From Adineta vaga (lineage: Eukaryota > Animalia > Rotifera), in contig CP075493.1 in the NCBI GenBank assembly GCA_021613535.1, positions 3,844,001-3,908,000 on the forward strand: a stretch of DNA of 64,000 nt, in the 5' to 3' direction. Under the pieces are notes generated by a model, which saw only the letters and a list, made by a program, of their open reading frames with translations, was not told where the DNA came from and searched no databases. This document shows positions 13,773-26,658 of this stretch, piece by piece; position 1 is the stretch's first letter, and each line of letters starts with the position of its first letter. The translations under genes were made by a program, and so were the position numbers.

Positions 13773-14204
13773 TAGTACAGAATGCGATGCGATTAGCATT
13801 CGTTAAGATGATTTTAATCATCATTTGTTCTATCTTTTTTCATGTATGCTGCTATCAGCTGTAAAACATCTGTGGAACGAACTTCGCGCCTAGCTTTTCT
13901 TCTTAACAACTTGATTTTAATTATCTCACAAAATTTAACAGTCAAAATCGTCTTTTTCTGAGCTTCCTGCATACGTATAGAACGTCACAAATAAATTATG
14001 TTTACAGAGTTTTCAAGTAGAGTTTCGATATTTTTATTTTGTTTTTGAATGAAATTTTTCTGATGTCCAGTTCTCGAGATCATCGCGTAACTAAATGAGG
14101 ACTTGAGATGCGTACGTCGAGAAAGGAGTCAGGAAATAAAAAAAGAAAAATCAAGAAGCACTGCAGTAATGCTCAGCTCATTCTTCGCATCGCATTAATA
14201 ACTA
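13773..14204. mobile_element. Possible MITE-like element with imperfect terminal inverted repeats
   Basis: AATGCGATGCGA (13781-13792) and TCGCATCGCATT (14185-14196) form a perfect 12-bp inverted pair, extendable with mismatches to TAGT/ACTA ends. No ORF inside. Confidence 0.3.
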
Positions 14205-14335
14205 AGTAGTATCTTCGGTAACTATTCTCGTCTACAAATTTTCACGGAAAACAGATGTAAAAGTACAATTGTATTCAACATTAATAATGTCTACCGACAC
14301 TTTAGCTATAGAATCGAAATGAATATTTGTAAATT

Positions 14336-15280
14336 TTATTGATGTTTTTCCGCTAACTTTACAGAAATAACTTCTTTATCATCACAATAAAATATATCAC
14401 ATTTTTTAAAATGAACTATTGCTGGTTGACCAAAAATCATATGCCACGTATATTCAAGTGTTCGACCTGTCAACTGATCGGAAAATTGACTAGCAATAAT
14501 ATAATCAATAATACTCGAATAAAATTTCTTTGGATGTTTAAGAATTTCTTCTTTTCGTGCAACAAATGATGCACAACAATGCCCTTTAATTCCACCTCTT
14601 GGCGGTGGACCGAGTTCTTTTTGTAAAACGTCTTTCCATAATTGAAAGTTAATTTTTGATTGCATATCTGCACTATTTTCATGAAAGAATGCAAATGTCA
14701 TTGTACTTGTCAATGGCATGTAACCATATTTATTCCAACGTAAAGCTCGTAGTGCAACAACAATATCTGACGGATCTGTTTGATGCCATGCATTTCTATG
14801 TCCATGAATAAATGCAACTAATGATGGTAAATTTGAATAATGATCAACAATATATCGAAGATAAGCAACAGCTTCTCGACCTTTATTTACCGGAATAGCA
14901 TGATTTATTAAACTATCTGATGATCGTGTATAAATAATATATGGTATTTTATCGCCAATATACAGAGCAAGCCAATTTAAATCTTCATTAAAATGTGAAA
15001 CGACAATAATTTTCGTTAGTTGGGAATTTGATAATTGTACAGATGAATTTTTCGTTTTATCAAGAGATATTTGAAGATAAGGAGTAGTATACTGACATTG
15101 ACGGTATGTATAAGAAAGAATTAATAGGAGTGTAACAAAAACTAAAGGTATTAAACGACGATAATCAATTGATAAGAAATAACCTATAAAATAATTCTAA
15201 GATTTTCCGAATATTCTTGCTAAAAAAACAAAGTCTTTTGTACCTTTTAATTTAGTAAAATATTCAGTAAACATTTTCAT
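14336..15280 (-). CDS. DUF3431-family glycosyltransferase-like type II membrane protein
   Basis: Exons 15244-15280 and 14336-15183. N-terminal TM segment, then IIVVSHFNEDLNWL, NKGREAVAYLRYIVDHYSNLPSLVAFIHGHRNAWHQ, CCASFV and GRTLEYTWHMIFG, which are DUF3431 signature blocks. Confidence 0.8.
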
Positions 15281-15969
15281 TGCTTTGATTCTGATCGTTA
15301 AAAAATGCAAAAAGCACGTTAAAATAAAGTCGTGTATGTGTTTTTATTCTCTCCTTTTTTCATTCATTCTATTTCTCAGTAAATGTTGACAGATATGATT
15401 ACGACAAATATAATATCTACAGTAAATTCTATTTACCAAAACATACAGAAAAAAAGTCTTGTTCTATTAATAAAGTACCCAGATGATAAGAGTAATTGTG
15501 AAAGAACTTTCAGATCAAAAAAGATTAAAAATATGAAGAGAGACGACTCGTTGAGGTTACAACAGGATATGAAAGATACATTCCCAGTCTTTTTTTCTTT
15601 CCTGTTTTATGAGTTCAACTGAATGTAATTTGAATAAGAACATCCTTCTTTTTTTTCGATAATCTAACATGTGCGTTTTCTTATGTGCATTGAAAATAGA
15701 AAAACAACGAGATTGAAGAGTATCGTGTCCACAAATGTGGCTTTTAAAAAAATACATTTTTCTTATTGAGATTGTTTGTATAAGCAATGCTGCTACACAT
15801 TGTGGAAGGATGAATTTTTAAATGGATTTTTTTGATATTCTTCGAGCTGATTTGCAGTAGAACAAATGAAACTAGAGAGACATTCGAATTTAGCTCGATT
15901 GCGAAATGTAGTAGTTAGAATTTTGGAAACCTCAAAGAATTCATCTGTCATACAGTGATTGGATACTAG

Positions 15970-16117
15970 GTACATTACCTTGTATAATTTTCGTATTTCG
16001 TGCTCGAAAAATTTCGGTACTTTGTACTAAATACTTAAATTTAAGTACAATTTACTTTAGTACCGGTACCACAGCACATGTGTACTGAGTACGGTACTTA
16101 GTACTTCGTATAGGTAC
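15970..16117. repeat. GTAC-rich palindromic patch, possible DNA-transposon subterminal remnant
   Basis: About 11 GTAC tetramers in ~150 bp, e.g. TAGTACCGGTACC and TGAGTACGGTACTTAGTACT. Confidence 0.4.
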
Positions 16118-17565
16118 ATCAAATCCATTCTTAGACTAGAATTGCAAAATCTTTTAGAACATCATAATTGTATTTATTTACTTATTTAATTATTATCACT
16201 CGAAGTTAAATAAAAATAGTATTGCCCATAAAAATGTATATAAATGATTATTAAATTTTTATCTTTAACTTTGTATTTCTCCAATAGATGTCACTAAGGA
16301 ATGCATATAGCGAGTATAAGTGCTATAGAAATAATTATTAAAGCTAAACATGATATTCTAAGTACCGAGTATATTTGCGAAGTAAAAAGTAAATGTACTG
16401 TAGTAACTGTATTGGTACTGGTCCGATCAATGCTGTCATAGTTTAATGATGAATCCATATTTGATTTTAGGAAAGCCAAATATGAGTGTTTTATCTTTTG
16501 TATTAAAACACAAGACAGTTTCTTAGCTTCAGAATCCTATATTTGTGAATAAAAAAAAACAAATGTTTGTTCACATGGTGGAATTTTCTTTGTTATTTCA
16601 GAGCAAATACTATAAAATTAGCATATATCACAGAGATTTGATTAGCATTTCCAGTTTACCTATGTGCGTATATATAAAAATATTTTGTTGCATTGATAAA
16701 TGGATCATGCCAGTATATTTATATAAATTTATAAGAAATTTGAATGAACTGTCATACAATTAGATGCAATTCTATTCCAAAATTCAAAACATTACTTTGA
16801 AGCTACATAAATTGTGGTTAAAATAATTTAGGATTAATTACTAATGTAGGATCTTTGAAGTCATAGAAATTAATGACAGTATTAAAATAAAGAGAATTCA
16901 TAGCATTTCCAAATGTGTATATTATATTCAATTCAATTCGCCGAACTAACGTCAAAAGTACAAAAAATCGAACGACCAATATCGAAAAATAAAATGTCGA
17001 AACATTAAGTCTCTGAATATTCAAAGCAACTAGGAGATGGATGAGGGTGAAAGTAGGATTAATATGGAAATATGCTACTCACACCATCACTTTCATCCAC
17101 ACTCTTAACTGAAATTCTTCTCTTCGACATGTATACCTTTTCAACGAAAGTTGGGATTACCATTCAATTCTATTAAACTCTCATACTGATATTGATCCAC
17201 ACACTACTGTTTTATTTCTAGAAAATCTTTTATACAAAAATTAAGTAGATGAGATATCAATTTGTAATGACTAATATTCTGTTTTTTATTTTTTTGTTTA
17301 TCACAAGAGTAGATTTTGAATAATTCTCTTATCATTAAGTTACTTTTCATGTTTTTTCTTATATCAATTTATCTTTTCTTTCTTTTTTAATCAGCGAAAA
17401 GCAAAAAAAGAAAATAGAATATAATAAAAATAAAATGAAATCTTGATCTGATATTACTCTTATCTTTTTATTTTATTGACTTACATGCATATAAGTTGCT
17501 GTTGTCATCATTACCTTTTTGCTGTGAACCTATAAAGATATCTTTTTTCACTTTTTCTAGTAACG

Positions 17566-20156
17566 ATGGCTCTACCTAGATTGAGTGCTGCGGATTATGT
17601 TCTCTTGGTTTTGCTGTTGCTATCATCCGCAGTTATCGGTGCTATATTTGGATTCTTTAAATCAAAGAAAAGTTCAGCAAAAGAATTTCTTCTAGGTAAT
17701 ATATTTTTGGTTTTTTTTTGAAAAAGAAGAATCACATGTAGTTCTTTATTTTAGCGGATGGAGGAATGGGGGTAAGTCACAAAAAGTAAATAATATCATT
17801 CTTTTTCAATTCATTGACTTCTCTCTAGGTAGTTCCAACAGCTCTTAGTATAATGGTTTCGTTTTTGTCAGCTATAACATTATTAGGTACACCAAGTGAA
17901 ATTTATCTATTCGGCACTATGTATTGTTATCAAGGTAAATTCATTTCAAATTTAAGTGAAGCAGAATATTCGATTTTGACGGTTTTCGCTACTAAAATGA
18001 ACAGATAACGATAGGTTGACTGTTATTTTAATCATGTACATTACAAATACATGATTTTGATATGAAATAATTTATATTGTAGCTATTTCATGGACAATTG
18101 CATCAACAATAACAGCGCTAGTATTTATGCCGAAATTCCGTGAAATGAATTGTACAAGTGCCTATGAAGTATGTTTTTATTCGATAATTCTTAAGATAAA
18201 TATTAGAATATATTATTTAGTACTTAGAAAGACGTTTTGATCGTTCAGTACGCATGTGTGCTTCATTTGCTTTTTCGTTTTTTATGGTAAAAAAGCTAGT
18301 CCTAATTATTTCAGTTTTCTTTTTACCATTTTTTTTCAATAGCTAATCTATATGGCTATCGTTTTATATGCTCCAGCATTGGCCTTAAGTCAAAGTAAGT
18401 CGTCTCTTAAGTTCTACGATAAAAGGAAAGACTAAAGATCATTTATTATTTAGCAACTGGCTTGAATATTTGGCTGTCTGTCGTATCAATTGGTGTTATT
18501 TGTACTTTCTATTCATCAGTAGTATGTAGAAGATGATACAAAAGTTTTGAAGAATGATTTCGTCACTTTAAATTAGGGTGGTATGAAAGCCGTTATTTGG
18601 ACCGATGTTTTACAAGCCGTTGTCATTCTTATTGGTCTTCTTGCTGCAATTATACAAGGTTATAAATCTATAGAAAGAAAAGTCATATAACAAAATTCAG
18701 AACATTTTCTAGGTTTGATTACTCTTGGCGGGTTTGGACCAGCTTTTTCAAAAGCACATGCAGGTGGAAGAATTCAATTTGATAGGTATTTCTCTTACAT
18801 TTCTATATTATCGAAACATGAATCGGTAATATTCTTGAGAACGACATTTTGCAAGACTGAAATATGATCTGTACATATCTCTTCTGTTAATACAATTATC
18901 TCGTTTATTTTTAGTGTAAGTTTTGATCCTCGAGTTCGTCATACAGTATGGTCATTACTTATCGGTGGTACAATGAATTCTTTATCGACATATGGTTTCA
19001 ATCAAACACAAGTTCAACGTTATATGTGTGTTCGTACGACACGTGGTGCTAAACAAGCATTATTTATCAATGCTGCTGGTGCTGCCATTGTAATTCTTTT
19101 AAGTGCAATGATTGGTATTATTCTTTATGCATATTATGCAGATTGTGATCCATATAAAGCTGGTTATGTCACAGATATTGATCAAATTTTTCCATATTTC
19201 GTTATGGAAGTTTTAAGTGATAAGCCAGGTCTACCTGGAGTTTTCTTAGCTTGTATCTTTTCTGGTTCACTATCGACAATATCATCTGGTTTGAATAGTC
19301 TTGCTGCTGTTGTTATTGAAGATGTATATAAAGGTTTAATGAACAAAAAAATTTCTGATGAACGACAAGGTTTTGCATCAAAAATCTTTTCGATTGTCTT
19401 GGGAGCTGTCGTGATATTATTAACTTATGTAGTTAGTTTTCTTGGCTCAATACTTAATGCTGCATTGTCTTTATTTGGCGTTTTATCTGGACCGATTATG
19501 GGTGTTTTCTTTCTTGGATTCTTTTTTCCACAAGCAAATCGTCGTGGTGGTTTAGTTGGTTTTCTAACAAGTCTATGTTTTATCGTATGGATCTTTTTGG
19601 GTGCACAAATAACGAAAAATCAAATGAAAAGTGAAGTTCTATATTTGAATATCAGTGGTTGCTCTCTAGAAATCAACCAAACAACCACTGAAGCAACTTC
19701 ATTTAAGTAAGATTTTGTTTTTTTTCAAATCAAAATATTCATTTTTACGAATATAATTGACTTCTTGTTTTTAGACAAGATCCATTAATTGATCTTTATT
19801 CCATTAGTTATATGTGGTACACACCTATTACTGTACTTACTGTTCTCATTGTAGGTTTGATCGTATCATATTTAACACATCCACTTAAACGTAATGAAGT
19901 AGATCCAAAATATCTAATATCTATAGGTGATATTTGTTGTTGTTGTTTACCACAACCTGTACGTAAATGGTTACGATTTGGTGTTGATTATGAGAATTAT
20001 ACTAATGATAATAATGATGATGGTCATAGCGGTGATATTGAAATGACATCTACAGAAAAAAAACGAAGTCTACTTGCTTCAAATGTTGTTTCAGCTGTTC
20101 CATCAGTAACCAAAACTATTGATGAAGGTCATGATAATTCAGAGTTTACTGCCTAG
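17566..20156 (+). CDS. SLC5 sodium:solute symporter (SMCT/SMVT-like)
   Basis: Multi-exon and in frame at the junctions checked. Motifs SFLSAITLLGTPSEIY, YEYLERRF, GGMKAVIWTDVLQ, NQTQVQRYM, GSLSTISSGLNSLAAV. Confidence 0.92.
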
Positions 20157-20330
20157 AACATTGAATCTCGTCATCATTACTTTTAAAGGTGTTCTTTTTT
20201 TTTTCTCATAAACAATATACAAAGAGTTCACTTGTCTTGTGAATATTCTTCTATCTCCATATTACGTTTCACGAAAACTAAAAAGAAAAAAAAGAATTCG
20301 ATGATCTTCTTTTGTATCTCTCGTTTCTAA

Positions 20331-20340
20331 CGCCATCTAT
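20331..20340 (-). promoter_or_regulatory. ATAGATGGCG motif upstream of IFT20
   Basis: CGCCATCTAT on the + strand, about 160 bp before the IFT20 ATG. Confidence 0.45.
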
Positions 20341-20372
20341 ATCGTAAATAGAAAGAAGTTTTCAACCTCACA

Positions 20373-20385
20373 GTTGCTAAGTAAC
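20373..20385. promoter_or_regulatory. X-box (RFX site) upstream of IFT20
   Basis: GTTGCTAAGTAAC, a near-palindromic GTTRCT-n-AGYAAC, 116 bp upstream of a ciliary gene ATG. RFX/X-box control of IFT genes is established. Confidence 0.65.
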
Positions 20386-20500
20386 TTTTAGCATCAGATA
20401 TTTGTTCATGAAAATGTGAATAATGATAATATTACTTACATTACATTACACGAAGTAAAGAAAACATCTTTGAAGTTAACTAATTATAGAAAGTAATCCA

Positions 20501-21146
20501 ATGGTTGAAGAAGCACTTTCTAATTTTGGTTTATTTATTGATAATGAAAATAAGATTCGTTTAATTGATCCAGAAAAAGTAACTGATTCAGCTGAATTAC
20601 GTGATGAATGCAAAGATTTTATAGACAGTATGTCGATTTATTACTCTTCCTTTTTGTTTTTATCTAAATTTATTCTTAAATCTTTCGTTAAGATGTACTC
20701 GAATTTAAGAAGATTGTCGATACATTAATCGAAAAAACTGAACAATATTCGAAACAAGTTGAAGCAGCTAGACTTCGAGTAAATGTGGACATAATGAGAA
20801 GATAAAACGTGATCTATGCTTGTGAATATTTTGTTCTTTAGTCGATTGGTGCAAAGAATATGTTGAAATCTGCGTCTAAATATCGAGAATTTGAAAAACA
20901 ACAATTACAATCATTAATTAAAGAAAAGATGATTGAACTTGATCGGTATGTAATAATAATAATGTTCTATGAAAATTTATCACTTTTATCATAGACTTCG
21001 AACTGAATATGAATCTTTACAAAAAACTGAACGAGAACAAAACGAAAAAATGGAACAACTTTCATTAAAATCGTACGTAATATTCTATTTGATATTTGCT
21101 TTAGTCTAATTTACGTTTTTCTTTTCTCTTTGATTTTAGAGCATAA
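20501..21146 (+). CDS. IFT20: Intraflagellar transport protein 20
   Basis: GLFIDNENKIRLIDPE...ELRDECKDFID...SIGAKNMLKS...KEKMIELDRLRTEYESLQK. Five exons; stop TAA at 21144-21146. Confidence 0.9.
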
Positions 21147-21232
21147 ATCTACTTGTTTATCTTCCTTTTCAAAACTTCTTTTTCTTTTTCTCTTTTTCTC
21201 TTGGATGTTTATTGTATTATAAAAAATTTTAG

Positions 21233-23646
21233 ATGAATCTTTTCGTTACTTCAGTTATATTATTATTGATAACAGTTGTACAAGAACAAATCAATGCTGG
21301 TATCTTGTAAAGAATCGTTTCATTTCATTTTGCATACTTTTTCTCTTAGATATTGGAAGATGTGCATGTGATCTAAACAAAGGTACATGTGATGTATCTT
21401 GCTGCTGCGATACAGACTGTTCAACAAATGATTTACAAGCATATCGATGTGATGTGAAGTAAAATAAATGATGAAATAAATATCAAATCATCATAATGGT
21501 AATCATTCATTCATTTAGATTAGAATCAGTTATAAAAACAACTTGTTTTAAAGATCTATCATTGTATAGATCTAATTCACCATATATCATTCGAAAAGAA
21601 AATGGTTTGACTTGTATTGATCAAGAACGAAGTTTGTTAATAACTTTTCTTTTTATTAATTAATAGAATGAAATTCATTGTAGGTGTTAATTATACATAT
21701 TATCAACAATTAATAGACGACAAGATGAATTCAAGTGTTTTTACACGATCAGTCAATACAGATAATAGTGTATCATTATCAACTTCCACACCAATCAATT
21801 TAACTCAATATCAAGTAAAATATTATTCATTTTCATATGAGTAACTAGATTTTCAGAGAGAAAAATTGTGAAGACTGTACCTTTGCCCATATCTTCATCG
21901 ATTGATATAATTTCATGTTTTTACTAATGCTCTAGGTCGGTACTTCGGTCTTCAGATATTTTCGAACAAATAATGTGACTAGTACTTTTTCGCTTCCAAT
22001 CAGTTTTCCTAATGGTCCATTATGTTCGAGTACTAAAACGATCAGTATGTATAATGTATTGAATTGATACGTGTTCACAAAAGATTTTTTGAATTAGCTT
22101 ATTTGAATGATTTTACATCGACATGTACCCAATCAGTCAATCAACAGACTTGTACGAACGTGTTGAATCCTGTCAACTATGCATCTGATTTTTGTCTTAT
22201 TACGGTAAATAAATCAATATGTTAAATATTTACATGCATGTTTTTCTTTCCTGTTTTTTTTTCTAAGAATCCAACAACTCTTACAGGTATATTGACTTAC
22301 GTATTTTTCTCTTATATGTACAATCGTTCTTATTTTCATTAGATAGTAATCCGACACCGGTTTGTTGTAGTGCTACTGTAACTGCCTCAAATTGGGTATC
22401 AGGAGTTTCTACATGTGCTGGTGCTCTTCAAACTGTAAGTTAACAAAACTATTTTTCACAATCTATCATTTCTACGATATTCTAGTTAAATTTGATAATC
22501 TATTATACGAATCCTAATGGTATAGTTAGTTGTAATATCACTTGGACATCGAATAGTCCAACTAGCACATCCCAACAAACATTCACTGTCAGTTTTATTC
22601 GAGTAATAATCATACAAATTCATTAAGAAATAATAATATTATAATCATGCTGATTTGCATTAGAATGGATCAGTGTCATCAACTGTTCCACGAAGTGGAA
22701 ATCCAGGTTATTTGCAAGGTGCCGCTATTTTAGTGGTCCTATAAGTGGAAGCACTATTGCGTGAGGGTTCATTAAATTTTTCTACATTAAACATGTAGAT
22801 ATATCTAATATATATTTATAGTGTATCACAGTTTACCATTCCTCAAGCATTATCAACTGGATTGTGCTCGACAACGTCCACAACAACAATTCGATTTGGT
22901 CAAAATATACAATCTACATGTTTATTCGGGTAAGAAGTTTGAAAACAATTGATATCTCACCCACTTGTTTTTTAATAATATCTCTAGACTTTCATTAAAG
23001 TACTATAGATAATAGTATCGGATAACATTGATATCTTTATAGATCAACTACTTCTCTAAGCTGTCCAAATATAAATAGTACATCAAATCTTCTCATGCCA
23101 ATCGATAGCACTACATTTCGCGTAGCTTCTTATGGTAATTCTGATCCATCAGATATTTCTACACGTTGGTTATGTTACCTATTGTTATATCTGAAACTGG
23201 ATCAACAGCTAATGCTGTATGTCAGCAAGGTTCTATACCAAGTACAACATCTGATCAATGTTATAATCGATTAGATATTCAAATAGCTTATGCTAACATT
23301 GGTTCTGTTGATAATCCACAACCAATCTTAGGTGCAGTTATCTTTCATTATCAAAGAATTGTAAGTAAAAGAAAGTTTCGATTATGTTTTGTTAATTTCG
23401 TTTTTCTTATAGACTTTAACAAATACCACAACACTTTCTGCACCATTATTACTAACTCGAACGGTTACATTTCAAGACATATCAAATGTACCTGTTACTC
23501 AAGGAGATCATCTACCACAACCTAACACACGTTTACCGGGTGATTTCTTTTATGCATTTTTTCGCAATCATGCATCAACGAGTAGTTCATTATCACTCAT
23601 TGTTTATCTATTGATCAATTTGTTCTTGATGTTTATTCTCATGTAG
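21233..23646 (+). CDS. TCTN: Tectonic-family transition-zone protein; as sequenced it has two frame disruptions
   Basis: Signal peptide, CACDLNKGTCDVSCCCDTDC, RSGNPGY, IRFGQNIQSTC, VASYGNSDP, GSVDNPQ, LPGDFFYAF and a hydrophobic C-terminus. Apparent 1-nt loss at ~22733 and 5-nt gain at ~23170. Confidence 0.8.
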
Positions 23647-23734
23647 TTAATTGAATTTTTTTCCAATTTCTTAGAAATAAAAGTGTTGAAAACGTCTTTT
23701 TATTTTCGCTTGGCAATTCATCAACGAATATCAT

Positions 23735-26082
23735 TTATGAAAAATGTGGTTTTGCATTAGCTGCTTTAACACGAAGTTTCTTCAGAAAATCTTCACTAGT
23801 TTTAATATAACATTCACTGATTGAATTAGATTGAAGAATTCCTAAATGGGACAACATATTGTTTACATCTTCTTTCACTTTAAATTCACTTACGTGGTGT
23901 GACTTTTCCTGTTTGATATTGAAATTTTCCTTCCTTCAATTTAACAATATCTTCACATGTATCCAATGTTTCTTGAGTAACTACTGTATGCTAAAACAGA
24001 TATATTTAATCGATCAATTTGTAATCAAAATTAAAGGTATTCTTACAGAAAAATCTACTTCTCGTAAAATATTTGATTCATTTGCTTTTACACAAAGAAA
24101 TATTACAAGTGCTCCATCAGAATTAATTTGATTATTTCCAATCTAGAATGATAATCAATGAAATTTATTTTTTTTAGGAATAATATGTTCAACAATTACT
24201 TTTAAAACTCGAAGTGAATCATTTGAAAGTAATGCTTGAGCAATAGCAAATGCATTTTGAGTATTCAATCGATTTGAACTAATATTCAATTCTTCTAATG
24301 CACCATTTTGTTGAATACAATCAGCTAAAATTTGTCCACCAGTAGGTCCGAAACCATTCATTTCCAAATTGCATCGTTTTAATCGAACATTTTCCTAACA
24401 ATGAAATATTTCTACAATGAAAGAAAAGAAATGATGTCTCTACTTTTATTCCATGTGCAATATCGATAGCACTTCGTCCACGAATATTATTCCAACTAAG
24501 ATCAATCGCTTGTAGTGATTCATTTCCACCTATAATTATAGAATGTGTTTGAATTGTATCATTTACAACAAATATCTTACTGATAAATGTACCGAGGACC
24601 TTTCCACACTCTTCACCAAAACAATTATGACTTAAATTAAGTTCTCGCAACGTTTTATTATGCTATAAATAGAAAAAAATCATCAAGATTTTTCTTATTT
24701 TCACATATTCATTTCTTAATTACTTCAAAAGCTTCAATCAATAGAGTTGCGTCAACATCATTGAATCTGTTTCCTGTATAGAAGAAAGAAACATACGTCA
24801 AATCAATGTTTCCGTTTTTACCAGATAAATTAATTTTTTTCAAATTTCGATTGATTATTAACATTTTACAAATTTCTGCAATACCTTCTCCGCCACCACT
24901 ACCACCACCGCCAAGTCGATTATCTGCAAGAGACTATTTATATATTAAAACAAAAAGAGAGAAAGAAATACAATATTCTAAATCATCCATATACATACTA
25001 GTTCAGTGATGAAATCATTTGAAATAAACATTTCTGAAATATATCTTGCAGCTTGTTGTTGTAAATAATTTCCATCTAAGAATAAACGTTCAATCGATAT
25101 ATTTGTCTAGAAATAGAAAGTTAAATTTTATTTAGAAATTTCTGCTTAGAAGTTTAAACGTACACTTAGAACTTTAGCGATTCTTCCGATATCTTCCGTA
25201 CTAAATTGACGATAGCGTAAAGTCATTTCTTTATCTTGAATATGTGCCATAAAATATGAACAAGGTATTGCTTTCGATTGTAAACATAAATCTTGATATT
25301 GTCTTCGACCTGTAAGATCATGACTCGATGAAGTAGTGATTTCTATTTGAAAGAAAGTCAAACTTTGATTTGAACTTTATTCGAAAAGAATGATTATACC
25401 AGAATCAATATCAGTATCATAACCATCTTGTGATGGTGAAATTGATTCATCACTGGATGTTGGTGACGAAATATCATTAGCAATACTTGTATCATAATCA
25501 ATGAAGATTTCATCATCACCTGTTGTTACAGGATGTGATGATGATGATGGTTTGTATTGATCGTGTTCTGTCAATGTGCCAAGTGGTGAAGTAAGAACAA
25601 CATGTCGAGGTGGTAATTTCTTTTGAATTTCTTTAAAAATTGTTTCATAAACTTTATCTTGACGAATTTCAGTGAGAAATGCTGTTGGTAAACGTGATAA
25701 ATCAGGTAAATTTAATATTTCTTCAATATTTGTTTCTATGGTGAAAATAGAAATAGAAATCTAATTTGATCACATCAATTTAACTTTTATTTACCATCGA
25801 CTTCAGTTATAATCTTTAATGGTTCGTAATATTTGGATTCTTTTGAAGTATTTTCAATCGGTAGTGAAGACAACTATTTGCTTGTTTCACTCGAATTGAT
25901 TGTTGTTGTTCCAAAATCTCGTTTCATAATTGATGACGTTGTTTTCGATGTATCTACTTTTAAAGTATTAACTCGAGTAGGTAATCGAATTCTATCCGTT
26001 TGTGCTCTCTATATATTCATAAAACGAATGAAAATAAAAAAATAAGTGGAAATCTTCATACCTGTTGACTTTTTCCTGGCAT
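23735..26082 (-). CDS. LRRC74-like RNI-type leucine-rich repeat protein (intron-rich)
   Basis: DGYDTDID and YQDLCLQSKAIPCSYFMAHI...MTLRY blocks, then LNLSHNCFG, IDLSWNNIR and LNISSNRL repeats. Roughly ten or more short introns; exon edges approximate. Confidence 0.7.
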
Positions 26083-26556
26083 TGATTTCTTCTTCTTTTT
26101 GAAAATTTTACTTTAAAATGTGTGGTAATATATTCTGTTTGCACAACTTTGACGACTGCACGATCGTGTTGTTATGAGTGAATGCATTCACACACACACA
26201 TACGATTGAAAATTATTACTTTTTTTTTATTTCTTCTCATTGTCGACATCTTATTTTCTTTCGGTTCCGGGTGTGTGTGATGAAAAATTCATAGCAATCT
26301 AGTAATTTTTATAAATAGCTTCATTTCAAGAAAAAGAAAATCTATAATTTGACTATTTTCCTATGAGAAATCTATGTTTAAAAAAGATTCCTAGTTACTT
26401 TTATTGAATTATTCTTGTTGTCAGGAAATTTATAAAATATTTACAATTATGTAAATCATCGATTGAAAGCGAGGTTGTTTTTCTCAATGATTTATAGAAC
26501 GATTGATTTTATAAAGAAATAGTTTGATATTGTTATAGTTTCTAGTTTTTATTTCT

Positions 26557-26582
26557 CACACACGCACACACACACACACACA
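26557..26582. repeat. (CA)n microsatellite
   Basis: CACACACGCACACACACACACACACA seen directly. Confidence 0.8.
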
Positions 26583-26658
26583 TTGATCTGTATATATTTC
26601 TGTTCAAAGAAAAAGAAAAACCAAGCTCTATTACATACACAACAGAACAAAACAAAAT

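Noticed and set aside
15557-15975. Possible hAT transposase remnant (RCFS motif) next to the GTAC patch
   Set aside because: The resemblance is too weak to call without a search.
17037-17100. Imperfect hairpin (TGGATGAGGGTGA / TCACTTTCATCCA)
   Set aside because: Short and mismatched, with no ncRNA hallmarks.
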